A stretch of 33,028 nt of DNA from Patescibacteria group bacterium (GCA_018813375.1 JAHJBU010000053.1:1-33028); one strand, 5' to 3'. Positions 24,813-31,648 are shown, counted from the first letter of the stretch. Numbers and translations are program-made. The notes: generated from the sequence alone by a model not told the origin.

Positions 24813-25568
24813 ATGAAAAAATTACTTTTTTTAGTTGCAGTTGCAACAGTCTTTGCATTTACTACTTCTCCTGTTATGGCAACTAATTCATCATCTACAA
24901 CGACTTCGTTTGATTCAATAGTAACTAAAATTCAAGAGGGGGTTGAGTATTTTTTTACCTTTAAGGTAGAGAAAAAAGTTGAGTTATTAGAAAAATATGC
25001 CGAAAAAAGATTAGTTATGACGCAAGAGTATGCAAAAGAAGGTGATGATGAAAAAGTACAAAATACGATGCAAAATTACCTTCAGATAAAAGAAAAACAA
25101 AATAATTTATTGGGCAAAAATGAAGCTGAGGGTGTCTTGGGGGTAGTTCAAGAAAGGACTATTGATCAACAGAAAACAATGGAAGTAATCAAAACTATAG
25201 TTGGTGAAGAAATGAAACAAGAGGTGATGCAGGTTCAAGAACAAGTTGTAAACCAGGTGGTACAAAGAGTTGTAGATGTGAATGGGACAGAGGGAAGGGA
25301 TGAATTTTTTCAGAAAGTTGAACATGTATGGGCTCCTGGGACAGGACCCGGAGGTGAGGCTGGAACAACTTTTGCTCCTGGGACTTCTGGTACTGGCGGC
25401 GGCGGGGTAGTTATTGAAGGAGGATCAATCCAGTTTGCACCTGGGACAGGACCAGGAGGTAATGGGGGTGTAGTGATTGAAGGAGGTGCTGAACAGTATG
25501 CTCCTGGGACTTCAGGAGGAGGAAATAGTGGAGCTGACATTAAGAACGTTGAAGTAGTGGGTAATTAA
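24813..25568 (+). CDS. secreted protein with a Gly-rich repeat C-terminus
   Basis: Strong SD GGAGGTG upstream and a signal peptide MKKLLFLVAVATVFAFTTSPVMA. The C-terminus carries repeats APGTGPGG…GVVIEGG…(F/Y)APGT. Confidence 0.8.
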   Translation: MKKLLFLVAVATVFAFTTSPVMATNSSSTTTSFDSIVTKIQEGVEYFFTFKVEKKVELLEKYAEKRLVMTQEYAKEGDDEKVQNTMQNYLQIKEKQNNLLGKNEAEGVLGVVQERTIDQQKTMEVIKTIVGEEMKQEVMQVQEQVVNQVVQRVVDVNGTEGRDEFFQKVEHVWAPGTGPGGEAGTTFAPGTSGTGGGGVVIEGGSIQFAPGTGPGGNGGVVIEGGAEQYAPGTSGGGNSGADIKNVEVVGN

Positions 25569-25571
25569 TAA

Positions 25572-25599
25572 GCTGGAATAACGTCCACGCGGGGAATCA
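25572..25599 (+). repeat. cassette-junction motif, degenerate copy J
   Basis: GCTGGAATAACGTCCACGCGGGGAATCA; the core GTCCA-CGCGGGGA is retained. Confidence 0.55.
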
Positions 25600-25606
25600 T
25601 TGTAAT

Positions 25607-25637
25607 TACTTTCACTGTTTGATATACTTTCACTGTT
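25607..25637 (+). promoter_or_regulatory. 13-bp direct repeat TACTTTCACTGTT, two copies 18 nt apart, upstream of the AbiEi-like gene
   Basis: Read directly from the sequence (~25607-25619 and ~25625-25637). ATG is at 25654. Confidence 0.4.
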
Positions 25638-25653
25638 AAGTGAATATACCTAT

Positions 25654-26700
25654 ATGAATGAAAATACGCTAATAAATCAGCTTTCAAATAACCTACCTGA
25701 AGGAATATTTCTCGAGGGCTTAGGTATTCCTGCTATGGGTTCAGTTGGACCAGATCGGCAAGGAACTCTTAAAGTGCAAGATAGAGAGTTTCCTATTGCT
25801 ATTGAGGTAAAAAATACAGGAGGAACGGCTACTTTTAGAGAAGCAGCTCGTCAAGTAAAAGCTTATTCTGTTCAAGGCGGATCCATTCCTTTTGTTGCAG
25901 GGCAGTTTTTTGGTGAAAAGACAAGGCAAGTTGCTAAAGAAGAAGGCGTCGGAATTATGGATTTAGCTGGCAACTTCTACCTCAAGAAGGACGATATTTT
26001 AATTGAAAAGATCGTTGAAAAGAACCCATTTACTAAAAAAATTCCTCTCAAGAATCTCTTCGCGCCTATTTCAAGCAGAATAACCAGAGTATTGCTCGTT
26101 CAACCTAAGAAGAGTTGGCTTTTGAGTGAACTTGCTAATGAAGCTAAAGTTAGCCTAGGACAGACACACAAAACTGTTGCTCGTATGATTGAAGAGGAAT
26201 TAGTTGAGTGGAATCAAGACAATAAACTTATTTTGGAAGATCCTACTCGACTACTGGGAGCGTGGAAAGATATGTATCCTTCTTATGAATCAAAAAAGTT
26301 TACTTTTTTCAGTTTCGAACAAGATCAAACTTCACTACTTGACTCTCTGATGAAAAAGGCAGGAGATTTATCCTTTACCTTATCTTTTTTTAGTGGGGCA
26401 GATTTGATTGCGCCGTTCATTAGGGGGGTTAATAAGTTGCAGTTTTATGTTAAACAACCAAGCGATATAGAGCGCTGGAAAGTGTCGTTGGGACTCCAAG
26501 AAGTCAAAAGTGGAGCTAACGTTGAAATATACGTTCCCTATGACGAAGGTGTGTTTTATCAGACACAAAAAATTTCTACTTTTTCTCAAACTGGTATTCC
26601 AATTGTGTCCAATGTTCAGCTGTATATGGACCTGTTTAATAATCCGGCTCGTGGAGCAGAGCAGGCTGAGCACTTGAGAGAATTGAAGCTTAATTTATAA
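25654..26700 (+). CDS. AbiEi-like antitoxin/transcriptional regulator with an N-terminal PD-(D/E)xK-like module
   Basis: A central wHTH-like stretch (WLLSELANEAKVSLGQTHKTVARMIEEELV) and a C-terminal IPIVSNVQLYMDLFNNPARGAEQAEHL resemble AbiEi-family antitoxins. The N-terminal …DREFPIAIEVKN… looks like a D…E-x-K nuclease fold. Confidence 0.5.
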   Translation: MNENTLINQLSNNLPEGIFLEGLGIPAMGSVGPDRQGTLKVQDREFPIAIEVKNTGGTATFREAARQVKAYSVQGGSIPFVAGQFFGEKTRQVAKEEGVGIMDLAGNFYLKKDDILIEKIVEKNPFTKKIPLKNLFAPISSRITRVLLVQPKKSWLLSELANEAKVSLGQTHKTVARMIEEELVEWNQDNKLILEDPTRLLGAWKDMYPSYESKKFTFFSFEQDQTSLLDSLMKKAGDLSFTLSFFSGADLIAPFIRGVNKLQFYVKQPSDIERWKVSLGLQEVKSGANVEIYVPYDEGVFYQTQKISTFSQTGIPIVSNVQLYMDLFNNPARGAEQAEHLRELKLNL

Positions 26701-26710
26701 GTAAGAAACC

Positions 26711-27697
26711 ATGGCACAAACACAAGATGACCGAACTAAAACGACTTTTATCTCAAACATTGCTGATGTTTCTTTGTCACACTTGCTTGAGTTAATGATT
26801 GCTCTTAGTGAATATAGGGAAGGACTAGTGCTTATCGGTGGTTGGGTTCCCTATCTATTGCTCAAGCATTATCAGCCTTCAAGTGTGGATTTTCAGCATA
26901 TCGGTTCTAAAGATATAGATATTGCGGTCAATCCCAAAATTGTCGATGAATCTGGCTATGCCTCTATTTTAGAAATATTAAAGCAACGAAGTTACGAGCC
27001 TAAACTAGATATAAAAGGTAATTCAATTCAACATTCTTTTGTAAAGAATGTCACTACCAACAGAGGTGAAGGGCAAATTCAAATCGATTTCCTGGGCCCT
27101 GAATACGGTGGAACCAAGAAAAGCAAGCGTCATCAACGGATTCAGAATGATTTTCTTGTCAGAAAAGCCAGAGGTGTAGATGTAATGTTTGATCATGCAA
27201 TAGATGTTGTTCTTGAAGGAAAACTTCCTGATGGAGCTGAAGGTCAGACAACCATTAAAATGGCGAATATTGTAGGGATCATGACGATGAAAGGTATTGT
27301 TGTTGGCTCTCGCTATAAGCAGAAAGATGCCTACGATATTCACAGCTTAATTTTATATTACAAATCTGGACCACTTGCTGTGGCAAAAGAAGTCAGGCCG
27401 TTTATTGATAATGGTTTAGTGAAGGAAGCGCTTGAATCTATCCATGAAAAGTTTCGTTCTCGAGAAGCAGAAGGTCCAAGTTGGGTGGCAGATTTCTTGG
27501 AGGCTACCGATGAGCTTAGAGAGCAAATCAAAACACAGGCATACCTGCAGGTCCAACGTTTTTTAACAGCTCTATATGAACTACCTCAGATTTCTGAGGA
27601 AGAAGGTCCTGCAATTCCAGAGGAGATTCCAGATATTGATAGACTTAGAGAGCAAGTGATAAAAAGACCTTTGAATAGGTCTTTTTTAATTATGTGA
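26711..27697 (+). CDS. nucleotidyltransferase, AbiEii/AbiGii toxin-like
   Basis: LVLIGGWVPYLL … IGSKDIDIAV fits the minimal NTase G-S…D-x-D pattern. It lies directly downstream of the AbiEi-like gene. The last ~15 codons read through terminator module 2. Confidence 0.5.
   Translation: MAQTQDDRTKTTFISNIADVSLSHLLELMIALSEYREGLVLIGGWVPYLLLKHYQPSSVDFQHIGSKDIDIAVNPKIVDESGYASILEILKQRSYEPKLDIKGNSIQHSFVKNVTTNRGEGQIQIDFLGPEYGGTKKSKRHQRIQNDFLVRKARGVDVMFDHAIDVVLEGKLPDGAEGQTTIKMANIVGIMTMKGIVVGSRYKQKDAYDIHSLILYYKSGPLAVAKEVRPFIDNGLVKEALESIHEKFRSREAEGPSWVADFLEATDELREQIKTQAYLQVQRFLTALYELPQISEEEGPAIPEEIPDIDRLREQVIKRPLNRSFLIM
27653..27687. terminator. junction module 2 terminator copy, not preceded by the 30-nt junction motif
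   Basis: GAGCAAGTGATAAAAAGACCTTTGAATAGGTCTTTTTT; stem AGACCT/AGGTCT. Confidence 0.6.
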
Positions 27698-27709
27698 TAG
27701 AATACTTGG

Positions 27710-28579
27710 ATGATTAAAAAAAATATTCAAGCAATTATTTTAGATGTAGATGGAGTAATTATTGGTGAGAAGATTGGTTTTAATTCCCCTCATCCTCATC
27801 CAGATGTAATTGCAGCTCTTAAAGAAATTCAAAATAAAGGCATCCCTGTTAGTCTTTGTACCGCTAAACCTCACTTTGCTATTAGTAAAGAAATTAAGGA
27901 TGCCGATTTAGATAATGTTCATATCACAGATGGTGGTGGAGTGATTATTAATCCTTTAGATAATCAGATTGTCACTCAAAATAATGTGCCTACAGAAAGT
28001 GCAGTTAAAGTTATTCAAGCTTTCTTAGATGCTGGAGTTTATACCGAGTTTTACACTGTAGATAATTACGTTATTCAAAAATCACAAGCTGTAGACATTA
28101 CTCAGAAGCACAATCATGTGATTCAAGCTGAACCTAAACAAGTAGACTCTTTAGTAGAAGCTGCCAAACAAGCACAAATTACCAAAATTATGCCCATTGC
28201 AGTTGATGAAGCTGATAGGGAAAATTTAAATAAAATCTTTGAGCCTTTTAAAGATGAGTTAGTCATGAGTTGGGGTGTTCATCCAGTTATTCTTCCACTT
28301 CAATTTGGAATTGTGACTGCTCCAGGAATATCTAAAAAACAGGGTGCGATGGAAATATCCAAAGCCACGGGAATTTCTTTAGAAGATACTTTGGGTGTGG
28401 GTGATAGTGGTAGCGATTGGCAGTTTATTGAAATGTGTGGCTATGGAGCAGTCATGGGTAATGCTAAACAAGACCTAAAAGATTTAGTAGCCACTAAAGG
28501 AGAAGATAGATCATTTGTAGGGCCAAGCGTGGATGAGAATGGGATTTTAGAGATACTTAAGCATTTTGAGTTAATATGA
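27710..28579 (+). CDS. Cof-type HAD-IIB phosphatase
   Basis: Motif I AIILDVDGVI, motif II LCTAKP, and the C-terminal GVGDSGSDWQFIEMCGYGAVMGNA. Confidence 0.85.
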   Translation: MIKKNIQAIILDVDGVIIGEKIGFNSPHPHPDVIAALKEIQNKGIPVSLCTAKPHFAISKEIKDADLDNVHITDGGGVIINPLDNQIVTQNNVPTESAVKVIQAFLDAGVYTEFYTVDNYVIQKSQAVDITQKHNHVIQAEPKQVDSLVEAAKQAQITKIMPIAVDEADRENLNKIFEPFKDELVMSWGVHPVILPLQFGIVTAPGISKKQGAMEISKATGISLEDTLGVGDSGSDWQFIEMCGYGAVMGNAKQDLKDLVATKGEDRSFVGPSVDENGILEILKHFELI

Positions 28580-28687
28580 AACAAAAAAACCTAGAAGGTT
28601 GGAATCGAACTAAATTTTACTCAAGTAGAAAGGTTTGATTTTTTTATACCCCGAATAGGACACTCTAACTTCTGTTATAATTTCCTT

Positions 28688-28858
28688 ATGAAACCACACA
28701 TATCAATCATCACCTTGGGTGTTAAGAATTTAGAGCGTTCTACAAAGTTTTATGAGGATTTAGGATTCCCTGTAGAAAGAAGTGAGGATATCACCTTCAT
28801 AAAAACTTCAAAAGTTACGAGAATGGCTTTGTACAGTCTCGAAAATTTAGCTTATTAG
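28688..28858 (+). pseudogene. VOC/glyoxalase-family gene, N-terminal fragment only (56 codons)
   Basis: MKPHISIITLGVKNLERSTKFYEDLGFPVERSEDITFIKT… is the first beta-alpha-beta-beta-beta module of VOC proteins (full length ~120-130 aa). It is too short for the track. An extended -10 TGTTATAAT sits at ~28672. Confidence 0.6.
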
Positions 28859-28863
28859 TTTAA

Positions 28864-28968
28864 TTATTTTCTGTTGGATATATCTAGTTGATCAATAAGT
28901 ACTCTAATCTCTTCTCTGGCAATAGTCACTAATTTTGATTTATACTCGTTCCGAAACGAGTCCAGCAT
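28864..28968 (-). CDS. small ORF (34 aa, MLDSFRNEYKSKLVTIAREEIRVLIDQLDISNRK), ribbon-helix-helix-like; its 5' end is the junction motif
   Basis: ATG-initiated, not in the track. It is homologous to 29756-29884 and to the frame through 21600-21690. The beta-strand-like KLVTIA followed by a helix resembles an RHH N-terminus. Confidence 0.45.
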   Translation of the reverse strand: MLDSFRNEYKSKLVTIAREEIRVLIDQLDISNRK

Positions 28969-28977
28969 GGGGGAGCG
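28944..28977 (+). repeat. cassette-junction motif, variant copy K
   Basis: ACTCGTTCCGAAACGAGTCCAGCATGGGGGAGCG; the left half forms the hairpin CTCGTT-ccga-AACGAG. Confidence 0.7.
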
Positions 28978-29012
28978 CATAGTACAGACTTCGAAGTATA
29001 ATTAAACAAATT

Positions 29013-29759
29013 ATGTTAGAAAATCAAATTTTGTGTGAACATGAAAAAGCTGACGAACTTAAAGCAAAAGAAAACCTCTGGTCAAAAATAAGAGAGGGAA
29101 TGAGTAGAATATTTTTTCACGATGCTCGACCTCCTTTAAGAAAAAGATTTGTAGATGCTCAATTAATCATTGGTTCTGATCCAGCTTCTACTGAAGATTT
29201 TGAAACAAGAGCTGAGCATATAGCAGAATTGAAAAAATATTATGAGTCTTTTTTTAATCATTTAATGGAAAAAAGGATTGATTTGCAACAAATACAAAAA
29301 ATTTTAATTTTGGGTCCTGGCTATGTAGAAAGCCAGAGTATTTTTCAAGGATTAAAAGCGTGTTGTGATGAGTCTGGAGTTCAATCATTAACTTTAGTTG
29401 ATGGTGATAGAGAAGTTATTGATTATCTTAATAAAATGAAAATTACTGATATGCCTGGGGTAGACGTTATTGTTAATCATATGGATTTTGCTAGCTATTT
29501 AGGTGATGCTAGTAATAGGTTTGATTTAATCGTTGTAGCGAATCCCGGTCCGAATACAACCGATAAAGACTTAGGAGTTAATGAATCCAATCTTGCCATC
29601 GTTCACAACCTTCTTAATAAAAATGGTCTTTTACTTGCACGAGGTGAGGTTGCAGATTTAAATGAGTTTTTAGAGAAATCACAAAATTTTATTTTTTTTA
29701 ACAAATATATTAGTGGTGCTACTATACCTTTTGCTTTTGTTACTTGGAAAAAAGGTTAA
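29013..29759 (+). CDS. class I SAM-dependent methyltransferase-like protein (tentative)
   Basis: ILILGPGYVE (motif I-like), LTLVDGDREV (motif II-like) and FDLIVVANPGP (motif IV-like NPxx). Confidence 0.45.
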   Translation: MLENQILCEHEKADELKAKENLWSKIREGMSRIFFHDARPPLRKRFVDAQLIIGSDPASTEDFETRAEHIAELKKYYESFFNHLMEKRIDLQQIQKILILGPGYVESQSIFQGLKACCDESGVQSLTLVDGDREVIDYLNKMKITDMPGVDVIVNHMDFASYLGDASNRFDLIVVANPGPNTTDKDLGVNESNLAIVHNLLNKNGLLLARGEVADLNEFLEKSQNFIFFNKYISGATIPFAFVTWKKG

Positions 29760-29884
29760 GTTTCAATTTTGTATTGCTGAACTGGTATTGAGAGTAATCT
29801 AGTCAATTGCTCAGTAAATACTTGAGTATCTTCCTTGGTGATTGTCAATAGTTTTGACTCATACCCGTTCCGTAACAAGTTCAC
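29756..29884 (-). CDS. small ORF (42 aa, VNLLRNGYESKLLTITKEDTQVFTEQLTRLLSIPVQQYKIET), paralog of 28864-28968
   Basis: GTG start, not in the track. Compared with the copy at 21600-21690, most differences are third-position synonymous changes in this frame (gga/ggg, tct/tca, tta/ttg, act/aca, att/atc, gtg/gta, cag/caa). Confidence 0.45.
   Translation of the reverse strand: MNLLRNGYESKLLTITKEDTQVFTEQLTRLLSIPVQQYKIET
29866..29884 (+). repeat. cassette-junction motif, partial copy L (left half only; GGGGAGC half replaced)
   Basis: CCCGTTCCGTAACAAGTTCAC aligns with the left half of copies G and K. Confidence 0.5.
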
Positions 29885-29898
29885 TAAGAAAAGTGTTA

Positions 29899-29941
29899 TG
29901 TCGCGATTTATGTCGTGATTCTGTCGTGATTTATGGTATAC
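29899..29941 (+). promoter_or_regulatory. three tandem TGTCGYGATT(T/C)(A) repeats (period 11-12 nt) followed by an extended -10 TGGTATACT, upstream of Fic-3
   Basis: TGTCGCGATTTA TGTCGTGATTC TGTCGTGATTTA TGGTATACT cataat ATG(29949). Confidence 0.5.
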
Positions 29942-29948
29942 TCATAAT

Positions 29949-30992
29949 ATGTATTCGCCTAAATTTATTATTACCCCTCAGCTTAATAATCAGATTGCTC
30001 AAATTGAGAAATTTAAACAAGTGGTTGAGACTAGTCGGATTATTCCTGAACAGGAAATAAGCCTTCGCTATAGATCTATGCTTGAGTCAGTGCATAGCTC
30101 CACTTCGATAGAGGGCAATCCTTTAAGTCCCCAACAAGTCCAAGATGTGATTATTGGTAGAAAAATACGCGCAATAGATCAAGCAGTCATTGAAGTTGAG
30201 AATTACAAAAAAGCTTTAGATTGGTTTGAGCAACGGGTAGAAACAAAAAAAAAGCTGTCAGCTCAAGATGCATTTAAACTTCACTCAATGGTTGTGGATC
30301 GATTATTACCAGCTAAAAAAATTGGGCAAATTAGACCTGGTCAAATTTATATTATTGATGAAATTGGTGATCAAGACATTATTCAGTACACAGGACCAAA
30401 CCCTAGTAAGGTTAAAAGTTTGTTGGACAATTTGTTTTTTTGGATTAAAAATAAAGGCAAAGAACTTCACCCCGTATTATTAGCAGGCATTCTTCACTAT
30501 GAATTTGTCTCAATTCATCCTTTTAGTGACGGCAATGGTCGAGTAACTCGTCTTTTAACTAAACTATTATTATCACTTAATCATTACGACTTCAAAGGTG
30601 TCTTAGTGCTAGATAATTATTATGCTCAAGATAGACTCGCATATTACCAAGCTTTGAGCTTAGGTAGAACTTACTCGCAAAGAAATAAGGCAGACCTTAC
30701 TCCTTGGTTGGAGTATTTTGTTGGCGGGGTAGTAATAGAGGCAGAAGCCTTGGCAGAAGAATTTAGTGTTATTAGTTTAAAAGAGGGGGAAGTACGGGTA
30801 AAGTTATCTAAAGAAGAGATTTCTATTCTTTCTTTTGTTAAACATTTTGGGCAGATTTCGCTGGCTGAAGCTAGGGATATGGTAAAAGGTACTGATAGAA
30901 CTGTTCAGAGAAGGTTAAAAAAATTAGTTGTTGATGGGTTTCTAGAACAACAAGACCAGGCTAGAAGAGCGTACTATAAACTAAAGTCCTAG
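29949..30992 (+). CDS. Fic family protein with C-terminal winged-helix domain (Fic-3)
   Basis: Fic motif HPFSDGNGRVTRLLTK. Same architecture as Fic-2, with similar N-termini (MYSPKFIITPQL vs MFQPKFTLTSLL). The TAG stop lies inside junction copy M. Confidence 0.85.
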   Translation: MYSPKFIITPQLNNQIAQIEKFKQVVETSRIIPEQEISLRYRSMLESVHSSTSIEGNPLSPQQVQDVIIGRKIRAIDQAVIEVENYKKALDWFEQRVETKKKLSAQDAFKLHSMVVDRLLPAKKIGQIRPGQIYIIDEIGDQDIIQYTGPNPSKVKSLLDNLFFWIKNKGKELHPVLLAGILHYEFVSIHPFSDGNGRVTRLLTKLLLSLNHYDFKGVLVLDNYYAQDRLAYYQALSLGRTYSQRNKADLTPWLEYFVGGVVIEAEALAEEFSVISLKEGEVRVKLSKEEISILSFVKHFGQISLAEARDMVKGTDRTVQRRLKKLVVDGFLEQQDQARRAYYKLKS

Positions 30993-31013
30993 CTTGGTTC
31001 AACGCGGGGAGCT
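30984..31013 (+). repeat. cassette-junction motif, copy M (last copy in the window)
   Basis: AAGTCCTAGCTTGGTTCAACGCGGGGAGCT. Confidence 0.8.
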
Positions 31014-31036
31014 GATTATAGACCGTTTTAGAGACT

Positions 31037-31648
31037 TTATTTTTCTTCTGTTTCAGGCACTTCTTCTGCTTGAGGAATAACTTCGGTTTCGATGGCAACT
31101 TCTGCATTAGGTGTGACTTCTAACTCAGGAGATTTTTGAGTTTCAGGAAGTACTTCAGTTTTAGTGACAATTTCTGCCTCAGGGATTTTTTTAGTCTCAA
31201 TTTTTACTGATTCTGTTTTTGCAACTTTTTTGATTTTTGACTTTTTCTTTTTTGTTTTTTTAACTTCAGCCTTGATTTCTTCTTGTTGCGGAGCTATTGC
31301 CTTGAGAATTATATCTAATTTTGCATTGATAGTTTCAAATTGTTTGCCAAAATTTTCTTGAGGTCGACTATTTGGAGCTGAAAAACTTCTTCTGCTTGAA
31401 GTATTGGGTCTTCTAGTGTTGCTACCACTATTTCTTCTTTTTTCAAAACAGTCGCTGCAATAAATTGGTTTTCCAGAGCTAGGCATGAAAGGAACTTGGC
31501 AGTTATTGCCACAATCTGAACAGATTGCATCATGCATTTGACTGCGACCAGAATTTTGTGAACCAAAGCGAGATCTTCCTTGACCTCTATCTTCAAATCT
31601 TCGCCCACCCTGAGATCTACCAGACCTATTATTATTGTAATTATTCAT
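31037..31648 (-). CDS. CxxC-x17-CxxC domain protein with an Arg/Gly/Ser-rich N-terminus and a Lys/Glu-rich repetitive tail
   Basis: CSDCGNNCQVPFMPSSGKPIYCSDCF is the CxxC-x17-CxxC motif. The tail has repeats of the type E(V/T)xPxAE. Confidence 0.75.
   Translation of the reverse strand: MNNYNNNRSGRSQGGRRFEDRGQGRSRFGSQNSGRSQMHDAICSDCGNNCQVPFMPSSGKPIYCSDCFEKRRNSGSNTRRPNTSSRRSFSAPNSRPQENFGKQFETINAKLDIILKAIAPQQEEIKAEVKKTKKKKSKIKKVAKTESVKIETKKIPEAEIVTKTEVLPETQKSPELEVTPNAEVAIETEVIPQAEEVPETEEK

Noticed and set aside
25310-25540. Pro-rich 76-aa ORF on the - strand
   Set aside because: It is the antisense of the Gly-rich (GGN) repeats of the secreted protein. GGN codons read as NCC (Pro) on the other strand.
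27655-27785. Apparent mismatch between the printed bases and the ORF track. By my count the A-run after GTGAT (~27660) has 4 A and the T-run at ~27777-27781 has 5 T. That would end ORF 26711 at ~27673 and frameshift ORF 27710 early. The track translations require 5 A and 4 T.
   Set aside because: Two compensating 1-nt differences inside homopolymers are most likely my own miscount. The other copies of this terminator module all show A5. I follow the ORF track, but a mechanical re-translation of 27650-27790 would settle it.
28580-28687. Possible small RNA or terminator between the Cof-HAD gene and the VOC fragment (AAACCT…AGGTTT pairing followed by a T-run)
   Set aside because: The pairing is only a 6-bp stem with a ~37-nt loop and there is no second copy, so the evidence is insufficient.
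29842-30060. Track ORF of 72 aa on the + strand overlapping the Fic-3 start
   Set aside because: It covers the iteron/promoter region and the 5' end of Fic-3 in another frame, and its composition is driven by the repeats.
10185-31013. Canonical integron attC sites
   Set aside because: The motif contains CCTAAC, which resembles an R'' box (RYYYAAC). However, I find no complementary GTTAGG-type R' box or L'/L'' pairing within 150 nt downstream of any copy, on either strand. I therefore describe the sites as attC-like in function only.
10185-31013. CRISPR array (repeated ~30-nt motif)
   Set aside because: The spacing is 0.55-4 kb and irregular, the intervals contain whole genes, the copies are imperfect, and there are no cas genes.
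10185-31013. Orphan toxin-tip array of a polymorphic toxin system (a conserved peptide junction followed by variable C-terminal domains)
   Set aside because: Reading on from the conserved minus-strand peptide (LDQVRT) hits a stop within a few codons, or runs antisense through plus-strand genes. No variable toxin domains follow it.
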